The position numbers were made by a program, and so were the translations under genes. Positions 35,425 through 43,948 of a stretch of 49,051 nucleotides of DNA are shown here, in pieces (the stretch's first letter is position 1; every line of letters starts with the position of its first letter). The notes beneath the pieces are model-generated. The model was not told the DNA's origin and ran no database searches. It saw nothing but the letters and a program-made list of their open reading frames with translations. Origin of the DNA: a virus; IMG/VR virus record IMGVR_UViG_3300032282_001533, positions 1-49,051 of that record. The stretch is one strand, 5' to 3'.

Positions 35425-36618
35425 ATGAAATCATTTATCAGCTTTTTAAAAGAAGAAACTGAGTCCGGTTCAGAACTTAAACATATTCATCATGCAGAAG
35501 ATAGACCGTTAATGCACGGTCATGCGGGTTTTGAACACGCTCATGAAGCCCTTCTAAAAGCACATGCTCACATGATGCATGGCCACAAAAATACCAACCT
35601 AACAATGAAATATGATGGTTCTCCAGCAATTGTTTTTGGTCATCATCCTAAGAATGGTAAATTTTTTGTTGCAACTAAATCTGCCTTCAATAAAAATCCA
35701 AAAATTAATCATACCGAAAAAGATATTGAAAAGAATCATGGTCATGCCCCTGGTTTGGTTAAATCCCTCAAGCACGCTTTAAAGCATCTTCCAAAAGTTA
35801 CACCAAAACATGGAGTATTTCAAGGCGATTTAATGCACCACCAAGATAGTGGAAAATTAAACGAAGGTTACATTGTAGAAGCTAAAGAAGGTAAAGTATC
35901 TTTTACTCCAAACACTATCACCTATACTGCTCACGGTGACGAAGCAAAAAAGATTAAGAAGTCCAAAGTTGGTGTTGTAGTTCACCACCAATATAGTGAT
36001 GATATGAAATCTGCTTCTCCTCATGTAGATACAAGCAAATTCAAAGAGCATCCAGATGTCCACATTCACGGTGCAGAACACGATACTTCCAAAGTAAAAC
36101 ATTCTCCTGAAAATGAGAAAACATTTCAAAAGCATATGTCTGCTGCTAAAGAAATTCATGATACACATGGCCACAAAATGTATGATGCCATTCACCACAA
36201 ACATAGTGGAGAAACAGGCCACCTATCAACATACATAAATCATACAGTTAGACACGATGAAGTTCCTAGTGTGAATGGTTTCAAATCTCATTTAAAACGG
36301 GTGCATGATAAAGAAGCATCTAAAGTTAAAACTGAGAAAAGTAAATCAGAAAAAACTAAAGAAGGTTCTTCACAAATTGCTCATGTAGAGAAACACAAAG
36401 AACATTATGGTAACTTGTTTTCAATGCACCATCATTTACACCAAGCTAAGAATTCTTTGGTAAATTCATTGGAAACACATGAAGGTAAATATCAACACCA
36501 CATTGCTGGTAAGAAATCTAAACCAGAAGGTTTCGTTGTTCACCATGACAAACAACCAACTAAACTAGTTAATCGTGCTGAATTTGCTAAACAGAATTTA
36601 TTAAAGGTGAGAAAATGA
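35425..36618 (+). CDS. His-rich ligase/nucleotidyltransferase-like protein with putative capsid-targeting leader
   Basis: MKSFISFLKEE leader; motif I-like MKYDGSPAIVFG (KxDG), GVFQGDLMHH, EGYIVE, KVGVVVHHQY. Confidence 0.65.
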   Translation: MKSFISFLKEETESGSELKHIHHAEDRPLMHGHAGFEHAHEALLKAHAHMMHGHKNTNLTMKYDGSPAIVFGHHPKNGKFFVATKSAFNKNPKINHTEKDIEKNHGHAPGLVKSLKHALKHLPKVTPKHGVFQGDLMHHQDSGKLNEGYIVEAKEGKVSFTPNTITYTAHGDEAKKIKKSKVGVVVHHQYSDDMKSASPHVDTSKFKEHPDVHIHGAEHDTSKVKHSPENEKTFQKHMSAAKEIHDTHGHKMYDAIHHKHSGETGHLSTYINHTVRHDEVPSVNGFKSHLKRVHDKEASKVKTEKSKSEKTKEGSSQIAHVEKHKEHYGNLFSMHHHLHQAKNSLVNSLETHEGKYQHHIAGKKSKPEGFVVHHDKQPTKLVNRAEFAKQNLLKVRK

Positions 36619-37589
36619 AATTGTTTCGTGTTTTCTTAGAAGAACAACAAGGCCGTGGTACTTTAACGGCATCAGGTAAAACTGGTGAAGAACATCAAAA
36701 AAAATATATTGATCCACACATTGGCTCTAAGACACCGACTCATGTATTATCTAAAGAACATGATGATATTCCTGCAGGTTCTTCTGTTAAATTACATAAG
36801 GTCGAACACATCAATGGCAAAATTCATGTTCACGCCGAAGATGAAACGGGTAACCATCATGTCATTCCTATTTCTAAATTACACAAACCAGGTGACGCTC
36901 CAAAGAACAAAGGTCACGAATATGAGTCCAAGTTCGTTGATAGATTAAAACATCATGGAATCATGCCTCACCATCTTTCTGGTGCTGGTTCTACTAGTGG
37001 CACAGACTTTGCGGTTGAGAATAAGAAAAAAGGCAAATTTCATGCTGGTACCGTTTCGGGTCATCTACTCAATGGTGAAACGAAGAATGGTACTACAGCT
37101 GCTATGGGTCAGCTGACCATACATCACACAAAAGAAAAAGGTTGGCACATTAAGGATGCACAGAAAGCAAAAAGGCCTGAATATGCTAAACATATAGAAA
37201 AATCAGGTATTCTTAAACATATGAACAAGAATCATCCTGATCCAGAAAAGGAAACAGAAACAAGTTCTGGTCGTGCTAAGACAGTTGAAATCAAACATCC
37301 CAACTTACATCCAGCCGAAGGATACCTAAAGGACCATCATGTTCATGTTTTACAAGTTGGTGGCCACGGTACATACAAAGTAGGCGATAAAGATGAAACA
37401 GGTCACGGACTTCCATCTATATCAGGTAAAGGTAAGTGGCGTATTAGAGAAAAACAAAAAGGTAATAAAAGTGCAAGAACAGTTGCTTTTCATCCAGATG
37501 GTGTCAAGGGTTTAAACAAGAGCCATGTTGATTTGGATAAAGATGAAGATTTGCACAAATTTAAAAAAACATTAGGCCATAAAGATTAA
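36615..37589 (+). CDS. Putative PD-(D/E)XK-nuclease-like protein with putative capsid-targeting leader
   Basis: MKLFRVFLEEQQ leader; GHEYESKFVDRL..GSTSGTDFAVENKKK..AAMGQLTI pattern. Confidence 0.45.
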   Translation: MKLFRVFLEEQQGRGTLTASGKTGEEHQKKYIDPHIGSKTPTHVLSKEHDDIPAGSSVKLHKVEHINGKIHVHAEDETGNHHVIPISKLHKPGDAPKNKGHEYESKFVDRLKHHGIMPHHLSGAGSTSGTDFAVENKKKGKFHAGTVSGHLLNGETKNGTTAAMGQLTIHHTKEKGWHIKDAQKAKRPEYAKHIEKSGILKHMNKNHPDPEKETETSSGRAKTVEIKHPNLHPAEGYLKDHHVHVLQVGGHGTYKVGDKDETGHGLPSISGKGKWRIREKQKGNKSARTVAFHPDGVKGLNKSHVDLDKDEDLHKFKKTLGHKD

Positions 37590-39371
37590 ATGAAATCATT
37601 TCTAGAAGTTCTTCAAGAAGAAGAATCATCAGGTAAACACCATGTAATGGCTTTTGGCCGTATGAATCCTCCAACTACCGGTCATCTAAAGGTAATTGAT
37701 AAAGTAAAAGAGATTGCTAAGAAGCATAACGCTGAGCATTCTGTTGTAACTTCACACTCTCAAGATTCCAAAAAGAATCCATTAAGTGCATCACAAAAAA
37801 TAAAACATCTAAAGAGATATTCTTCGGGTACACATTTTGTTGCATCATCTAAAGAACATCCAACATTTTTACATCACGCAGCTGAGTTGCATAAAAAAGG
37901 TGTAACACATCTGCATATGGTTGCAGGCTCTGACCGTGTTGCTGAATATAAAAAGAAATTAAATCAATACAATGGTACACATAAAGGTGCATTGTATAAT
38001 TTCAAAAAGATTCAAGTTCATTCAGCTGGTCATCGTGATCCCGATTCTGAAGATAGTACCGAAGGTATGTCTGGTACCAAGATGAGAGAACATGCAAAAA
38101 ATAAAGATATCAAATCATTTAAAAAAGGTGTTCCTTCTCATGTGTCTGATGAGCATGCAAAAGAATTAATGCACGATACTCGTAAGGGTATGGGTTTACA
38201 TGAGAATGTTGACCGTGGCATGTTTAAGGCCATCTTTGTAAGTGGTGGTCCTGGTTCTGGTAAAGATATTGTTATTCGTGAAGCCATTTCAGAATCAAAG
38301 ATTGTTGAATTAAATTTTGTTCAAGCCAAAGATTACTTAGCAGACAAACAAAAATTATCAGAGAAAACGAATGATTTCCGTAGAGAAGCCATTAGGAATC
38401 GTGGTCCATTGATTGTTAATGGACCAGCTGATGATACAGATAGAATTTCTTATATTAAAGAAGAACTTGAAGAATTAGGTTACGAAACTATGATGGTATT
38501 CGTCAACACCACAAACGAAGCCAGTAAAGAGAGAAACTCTTTATTGTCAAGGATGATGGTGGAGTCAGTAAGACAAGACAAGTGGTTAAAATCACAGAAG
38601 AATACTAAATATTTCGATGAGACCTTCAACAAATTTATATCTTTTGACAACACAGGAGATATAGATAGTAAGGAAGAGGACATTCACGACATCTACCAGA
38701 AATCTAACGAGTTCTTGGCGTCTAGAAACCTCACCGAAACCGCCTTAGATTGGTTGAATCGAAATGGCAGATTAAATATTAATTCATTATATAAGGAACA
38801 AACAAATGTTAAAAGCTCTACTAAATTTATTCAAAGCAAAACCGGAGGATGTAAAGGCCACCGATTCCTTGCCGACAACAACTGTCCAGGTTGCCAGCTC
38901 CAACGAAAGCAAGGTAGAATCGACACCGTTAAAGACGGAGACACCCAAAGCAACTCAGGATACACCTTCCGCACCTACGAAGAAACAGGCCCCAAGGTCA
39001 AAGTCCAACCAGCGACCAAAAAGCCAGCCTTCCAGAAAGACAAAGACCAAATAAATAAAAAAAGGTGGGTTAATAGTGCTAGTGGTGCTATGAAACCCGC
39101 CGGTCTGAGTCCAGAATTTGATACTCGCCAACAGGGAACAGTATACCCTATGTCAGGAATGGGCGATGTTGCTTACAAAGAGCAAAAAGAATTTAAGAAC
39201 TTCAAAAAATTTATAGAAGCTATCGATGATCCAGGCGGCACCGATATGGGTGTTGGTGGTGTTCTCGGTGGAGCAAGTAATAAAGAACCAATGGAAACAT
39301 TAAACGATAGATATGGTTCATCATCAACAGTTATTAAAAAGAAATTAAAATTTAAAAACACGGAGAAATAA
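37590..39371 (+). CDS. Nucleotidylyltransferase (NMNAT/cytidylyltransferase-like) + P-loop kinase fusion with putative capsid-targeting leader
   Basis: MKSFLEVLQEEE leader; AFGRMNPPTTGHLKVI, GMSGTKMREH; FVSGGPGSGKDIVIREAI. Confidence 0.75.
   Translation: MKSFLEVLQEEESSGKHHVMAFGRMNPPTTGHLKVIDKVKEIAKKHNAEHSVVTSHSQDSKKNPLSASQKIKHLKRYSSGTHFVASSKEHPTFLHHAAELHKKGVTHLHMVAGSDRVAEYKKKLNQYNGTHKGALYNFKKIQVHSAGHRDPDSEDSTEGMSGTKMREHAKNKDIKSFKKGVPSHVSDEHAKELMHDTRKGMGLHENVDRGMFKAIFVSGGPGSGKDIVIREAISESKIVELNFVQAKDYLADKQKLSEKTNDFRREAIRNRGPLIVNGPADDTDRISYIKEELEELGYETMMVFVNTTNEASKERNSLLSRMMVESVRQDKWLKSQKNTKYFDETFNKFISFDNTGDIDSKEEDIHDIYQKSNEFLASRNLTETALDWLNRNGRLNINSLYKEQTNVKSSTKFIQSKTGGCKGHRFLADNNCPGCQLQRKQGRIDTVKDGDTQSNSGYTFRTYEETGPKVKVQPATKKPAFQKDKDQINKKRWVNSASGAMKPAGLSPEFDTRQQGTVYPMSGMGDVAYKEQKEFKNFKKFIEAIDDPGGTDMGVGGVLGGASNKEPMETLNDRYGSSSTVIKKKLKFKNTEK
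38806..39054 (+). CDS. Overprinted P/T/K-rich ORF, 82 aa (alternative frame)
   Basis: ATG preceded by TATAAGGAACAAACAA; coincides with an abrupt rise of C at third positions in the host frame. Confidence 0.4.
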   Translation: MLKALLNLFKAKPEDVKATDSLPTTTVQVASSNESKVESTPLKTETPKATQDTPSAPTKKQAPRSKSNQRPKSQPSRKTKTK

Positions 39372-39372
39372 G

Positions 39373-40305
39373 ATGTTTGCTAAAAATAAAGTATCTCAAT
39401 CAATGATTGATGCTGTTAACGAAGTCACCAAATTGGATGAAGCATCACCAATTAAAGAACCAACATCAACTGGTATGAGAGTTTATGGACGCAGTTATGG
39501 TAACTCCGCTAAAGCCAAACAAGACCAAACCAAACACGAATTGGACAAAGTTAAAGGTCCAAAAGACAAAGAAATGAAAGAGGCAGCTAAGCCAGATTTC
39601 TTGGATATGGACAAAGATGGTAACAAAAAAGAAACCATGAAAAAAGCTTTGTCTGATAAGAAATCGATGGGTGAAGAATTAAAAGGTGACCAGCACAAAA
39701 TTGATAAGAATCACAATAATAAAATTGATGCTCAAGACTTCAAGATTCTTAAAGGTCAAAAGAAAATGAAAGAATCTTTTAATACTCGATTGGCTGAAAA
39801 ATGGAAAGCCATGAAAGAGAAAAAAGATATTGTATTGCCTGAAGCTAATGAAAAATCTCCAGCAAAAAATACTGATGTTGCTGATAAAAGCTATCTCAAA
39901 GATAAACCGGGTTCAGTTAAATCCGATTTAAAAAATCTTGGTCGTTTCTTGACAGGTAAAAAAGAAACAAACGAAGAAGTTGAATTGACCGAAGAACAAC
40001 TGGATGAGATGATTAACGAAGTTCTAGGTAAAGATGCAACTGCTGGTGATTGGATTCATGACTTTGTTCATTCAGATAATCCTAAGTTTGCTGGTAAGTC
40101 CAAAGCAGAACGCAAGAAAATGGCTCTTGGTGCATACTATGGCAAACAGAATGAAGCCACTATTGCTGGCACATCTGGTTGGAAAGAAATTCCAAAAAAT
40201 GTTAAAGATAAATCTGGTGCAATTCATTCGCCAATGAGCCGTGCAAAAGATTTGGCTAGACAAGCATTTAAAAAAGTAAAAGACAGAACTAAGCTTGACA
40301 AATAA
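39373..40305 (+). CDS. Virion-type Lys-rich protein with EF-hand-like loops and HSDNPKFAGKSKAERKKMALGAYYGKQNE domain
   Basis: DMDKDGNKKET and DKNHNNKIDAQD; late gene position. Confidence 0.55.
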   Translation: MFAKNKVSQSMIDAVNEVTKLDEASPIKEPTSTGMRVYGRSYGNSAKAKQDQTKHELDKVKGPKDKEMKEAAKPDFLDMDKDGNKKETMKKALSDKKSMGEELKGDQHKIDKNHNNKIDAQDFKILKGQKKMKESFNTRLAEKWKAMKEKKDIVLPEANEKSPAKNTDVADKSYLKDKPGSVKSDLKNLGRFLTGKKETNEEVELTEEQLDEMINEVLGKDATAGDWIHDFVHSDNPKFAGKSKAERKKMALGAYYGKQNEATIAGTSGWKEIPKNVKDKSGAIHSPMSRAKDLARQAFKKVKDRTKLDK

Positions 40306-40316
40306 TAGGAAACAAA

Positions 40317-41771
40317 ATGTCTAAAAGATTAAAAGATATCATTAAGAGAAATCCAGAACCAGCAAAAGGAACTTTTGGTGTTAATCCATTAGATCCTTGG
40401 TCTGCCAAAGCAGGCCTTGCTGAAGATAATATGTTGGATAAATTTCTTTCATCAAGAGGAATTAATCCTGGTTTTGTTTCTAAAGACACAAAAATATCTC
40501 ATGCAAAGTCTAGTGCTTTTTTAAAATGGAAACAAGAACACACATTTGAATCTGTTGAAATTAATGAAGATAAATGGTTAGATAGATTCTTATCATCCAG
40601 AGGTGTTGATCCCAAGTTTGTTACTAGAGATCAAAAAGTAAGTTACTCAAAATCTGGTGAATTTACTAAATGGTTAAGAGACCACAAAACAGAAGAAGTT
40701 CAATTTACCGAAGAAACAGATAAAGAAGATGTATTGTCTTTTGACATTCCTTTATTCATTCGTATCTTAGAATTGGCTCGTGAAGATGTTAAAGAAGATA
40801 TGGAATTACATCGTATTACCGAAAGACTTCTTTCTATTCGTAAAAAAGGCACATTAACAATGGCCGATTACGAATTTATTGCAGGCATGAAAAAGATTAA
40901 AGAAGAATTAGAAATTGTATGTGAAATTTCTGGTATGGGTATGCGGCCAACTTCTAGTATAGCCACTCAATTAGACCACGATACAGTTAAACGTCATTTG
41001 AAAAATTTGATGGCAATAGATTCTGATGAACCTACAGCAACAACAGCTGTTCATAGAGCAATTAAGAAAGTGTCTACTGCTGGTAAAACAGCAACAAAAT
41101 CCAGAAGTAAAGAAATGTTGGGTGCATTGATTCAGAAACATCATATTCCAATTGATAAAGAACATCGTGCTTTGTTGAATACAGAAGAAACTAAAACAAC
41201 ATTACAAAGATTTCGAGCTGCAGCTGCTCAAAGAGAAAAGACTCACGATGATATTGAAAAAGACCGTCAAAATGCTCAGTTACAAGGTAAAACTCATACC
41301 TCAGCTGCTATTGACCGTTTAGAAAAACATTTGAATAAAGAAGAAACAAATAAGAAATTCGTTACACTTAAAAAGAAAGTAACTGAAGCCGTATTTCAAG
41401 ATCCGCAAGCTGCAACACAATCTCCATCCGATGGCGCTAACTGTCCGGATGAAACAACAGAAAACAAACGTCAAATGTCCAAATCTGCTCGTATGATTAA
41501 AGCATTATATAAGAATAAGAATATGAAAGAGGACATGAACGATTGGGAAAAAGAAGATAAATCAATCCAGACTTACGGTAAGAAACCTAAGATTGCGTTG
41601 ACAAATAAAGATGACAATGTAGGTGAAAATAAACCAGATGCTTTGGCCGTAATGAGTGGTGGTAAAACACTAACTGGTCAAGAAAGAGATGATGTTGAAA
41701 TTGATCCGGCTATGAAGAAACGTCCGGGTCAACCAGACTCAGGTCCAAAACAAGACGGCAAAATTAGATAA
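40317..41771 (+). CDS. Late protein with tandem-duplicated about 40-aa N-terminal module
   Basis: LDKFLSSRGINPGFVSKDTKISHAKSSAFLKWKQEH / LDRFLSSRGVDPKFVTRDQKVSYSKSGEFTKWLRDH. Confidence 0.7.
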   Translation: MSKRLKDIIKRNPEPAKGTFGVNPLDPWSAKAGLAEDNMLDKFLSSRGINPGFVSKDTKISHAKSSAFLKWKQEHTFESVEINEDKWLDRFLSSRGVDPKFVTRDQKVSYSKSGEFTKWLRDHKTEEVQFTEETDKEDVLSFDIPLFIRILELAREDVKEDMELHRITERLLSIRKKGTLTMADYEFIAGMKKIKEELEIVCEISGMGMRPTSSIATQLDHDTVKRHLKNLMAIDSDEPTATTAVHRAIKKVSTAGKTATKSRSKEMLGALIQKHHIPIDKEHRALLNTEETKTTLQRFRAAAAQREKTHDDIEKDRQNAQLQGKTHTSAAIDRLEKHLNKEETNKKFVTLKKKVTEAVFQDPQAATQSPSDGANCPDETTENKRQMSKSARMIKALYKNKNMKEDMNDWEKEDKSIQTYGKKPKIALTNKDDNVGENKPDALAVMSGGKTLTGQERDDVEIDPAMKKRPGQPDSGPKQDGKIR

Positions 41772-41805
41772 ATAAACAACAACCTTCAATAATAAGGAGA
41801 AGAAG

Positions 41806-42162
41806 ATGTCCTCATGGGGAAATAACGATAACTCAGCCAATGCACCATATTGGGCTGTAAACTCAACAGTAGCAGCAGGAAATCCAAACCGAGCTGCACC
41901 AACAGCAGCTAACGTAGCTTTACTTTATGCAAATACAACTGCCAATGTTTACACTTCCCGTGAAACTACTGGTCTCTTTGCTATTGATGCTAGTGAAATT
42001 GCAAATAATCAAAATAAAGCTGCTTCACACACAGGTTGGGTACTAAAGACTACTGGCCAAGGTGGCCGTGCAGGTCGAACACAATACGAAACTTTGGTTA
42101 CACTTAGTACCGTAATTGGTGACGGTGATACCACAACGATTGCTAATACAGCTAATCCATAA
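41806..42162 (+). CDS. Putative structural protein, 118 aa
   Basis: MSSWGNNDNSANAPYWAVNSTVAAGNPNRAAPTAANVALLYANTTANVYTS; AAGGAGAAGAAG before ATG. Confidence 0.6.
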   Translation: MSSWGNNDNSANAPYWAVNSTVAAGNPNRAAPTAANVALLYANTTANVYTSRETTGLFAIDASEIANNQNKAASHTGWVLKTTGQGGRAGRTQYETLVTLSTVIGDGDTTTIANTANP

Positions 42163-42641
42163 TGAGGTTTAATCAATACCTTAAAGAGTGTGAGGACGGA
42201 ATGGAAGTTCCGTCCATCAAAATTTCTAAAGAACAGATTGATTGCTCCAAAGAAGAAACTCGTAATGAAATAAACGATAATTTATATCGTGGACTTGAAC
42301 CACACTTTTTAAATCCTTATATTGGATGGGTAAGAGCATCAAAATTATTGGCTTTGTATAGTATTGCATTACCTAGAGTAATTTTTAAAGATTTAGAAGA
42401 TGGTGAAGAAGTTGTAGCCATCACACAATTTGGCAGCGTAGTTGGTGAACGTCCTGATGGTAGTATCGATATGAACCCACAAGACGATGAGTATTATTTC
42501 TATTTCAGTTATGGTAGAACAGACGATGGTCATTATGAATGTTATGCCGAAATTACTGATAGTGATGGTTTAGATGAGTTAGTATCTGATGACACAGAAC
42601 ATTTAGATCCTAAAGGCGAAACGCAACCACCACAAGAATAA
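42162..42641 (+). CDS. Hypothetical late protein with CTS-like leader
   Basis: MRFNQYLKECEDG. Confidence 0.6.
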   Translation: MRFNQYLKECEDGMEVPSIKISKEQIDCSKEETRNEINDNLYRGLEPHFLNPYIGWVRASKLLALYSIALPRVIFKDLEDGEEVVAITQFGSVVGERPDGSIDMNPQDDEYYFYFSYGRTDDGHYECYAEITDSDGLDELVSDDTEHLDPKGETQPPQE

Positions 42642-42649
42642 TATACAAT

Positions 42650-43036
42650 ATGTTTGATGATTTGAATGATGAAAATTTTATGATATATGCAATGAAGTGC
42701 TATGGTGCACCTAATTGTATTATGTCTGAATTTGAAAGTGATATTAAAAGAACGAAATATTTAAAGAGATTATTTCGTAGATATAAGATTACTAAAACTC
42801 TTAAAGAAAGATTAATATTAAATCATATTATTCTATTGAATAATGTTTTTGGTCCAGAAGCTACGGCAAGAATATTATTTTATAGAATAGATGAAAGAGA
42901 TTATGATATATTGAAAACCTTTTTAATATATCTTGGTATTATGCCAGATAATATTAAAGGTGTTAACGGTAAAATAATTCAGTCTGCTGAAATACCAGTA
43001 GACTTGAATATCGCAGAGATATTACGACAGATATGA
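42650..43036 (+). CDS. Conserved hypothetical late protein
   Basis: IKRTKYLKRLFRRYKITKTLKERLILNHIILLNNVFGPEATARILFYRI. Confidence 0.7.
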   Translation: MFDDLNDENFMIYAMKCYGAPNCIMSEFESDIKRTKYLKRLFRRYKITKTLKERLILNHIILLNNVFGPEATARILFYRIDERDYDILKTFLIYLGIMPDNIKGVNGKIIQSAEIPVDLNIAEILRQI

Positions 43037-43563
43037 AAACATTTAAACAACACATAGAAGAAAAAGTTAAAGAACCTACTGGCGACTTAAAGAGTGCCTG
43101 TTGGAAAGGTTATACCGCAGTTGGTACTAAAAAGAAAAATGGTAAAACTGTACCAAATTGTGTGCCTGAAGAATATAGTCCCGAAGAAATATTTGATATT
43201 ATTGAAGAAATGGTTGAAGAATCTGCATTAAAATATGGTGTTGATCCCGAATCTATTTGGGAAGAACTTGAACAAGTATCAGATGAAGAATTGTATGAAT
43301 CTGCTGCTTGGCAAAGAAAAGCTGGTAAAGACCCAAAAGGTGGATTAAACCGTAAAGGTATTGCTTCTTATCGTAGAGAGAATCCTGGTTCTAAACTATC
43401 AATGGCAGTAACAACTCCTCCATCAAAATTAAAACCAGGTTCAAAAGCAGCTAATAGAAGAAAATCATTCTGTGCTCGCATGGGTGGTATGCAAGGCGCC
43501 ATGAAGAAACCAAATGGTGAACCAACTCGTAAAGCATTAGCTTTGAGAAAGTGGAACTGTTAA
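43033..43563 (+). CDS. Late protein with CTS-like leader and C-terminal AAWQRKAGKDPKGGLNRKGIASYRRENPGSKL..RRKSFCARMGGM domain
   Basis: MKTFKQHIEEKV leader; ATGA-coupled. Confidence 0.7.
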   Translation: MKTFKQHIEEKVKEPTGDLKSACWKGYTAVGTKKKNGKTVPNCVPEEYSPEEIFDIIEEMVEESALKYGVDPESIWEELEQVSDEELYESAAWQRKAGKDPKGGLNRKGIASYRRENPGSKLSMAVTTPPSKLKPGSKAANRRKSFCARMGGMQGAMKKPNGEPTRKALALRKWNC

Positions 43564-43946
43564 TGAAATCATTTAAACAATATATTAAAGAAACCAAATT
43601 AAATCCTGTAGATCCAAACAAAGATTATGCGGCCAAATCTAAAGTTTTACAAGATTTATCTAAAAATAAAGATGTTGATCAGAAATCCGTTCAACAACGC
43701 CGTTTAGATTTGGATAAAGAATATTCTAAACTTAAATCTGAAGCCTGTTGGGATCGTTATGAACAAAGGGGTATGAAGAAAAAAGGAAATCGTATGGTTC
43801 CTAATTGTGTACCTGTCAAAGAAGATGGTGTCGCCAATGGTGTAGGTGGTGGTGCAGTTGCAGGCATTGGTGTAGGTAAAGATGGTGAACCAGGTGTCAC
43901 ACCAAAGAAGAAACCTTTATTGATGTCATTTAGAAGAAAACCATAA
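43563..43946 (+). CDS. Late protein with CTS-like leader and GTxKKxG..VPNCVP motif
   Basis: MKSFKQYIKETKLN; TAATG overlap makes 43563 the preferred start. Confidence 0.7.
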   Translation: MKSFKQYIKETKLNPVDPNKDYAAKSKVLQDLSKNKDVDQKSVQQRRLDLDKEYSKLKSEACWDRYEQRGMKKKGNRMVPNCVPVKEDGVANGVGGGAVAGIGVGKDGEPGVTPKKKPLLMSFRRKP

Positions 43947-43948
43947 TT

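Noticed and set aside
35857-36222. 121-aa minus-strand ORF opposite the ligase-like gene
   Set aside because: Composition mirrors the His/Lys-rich + strand (Phe/Val/Met-rich complement); no motif or start signal.
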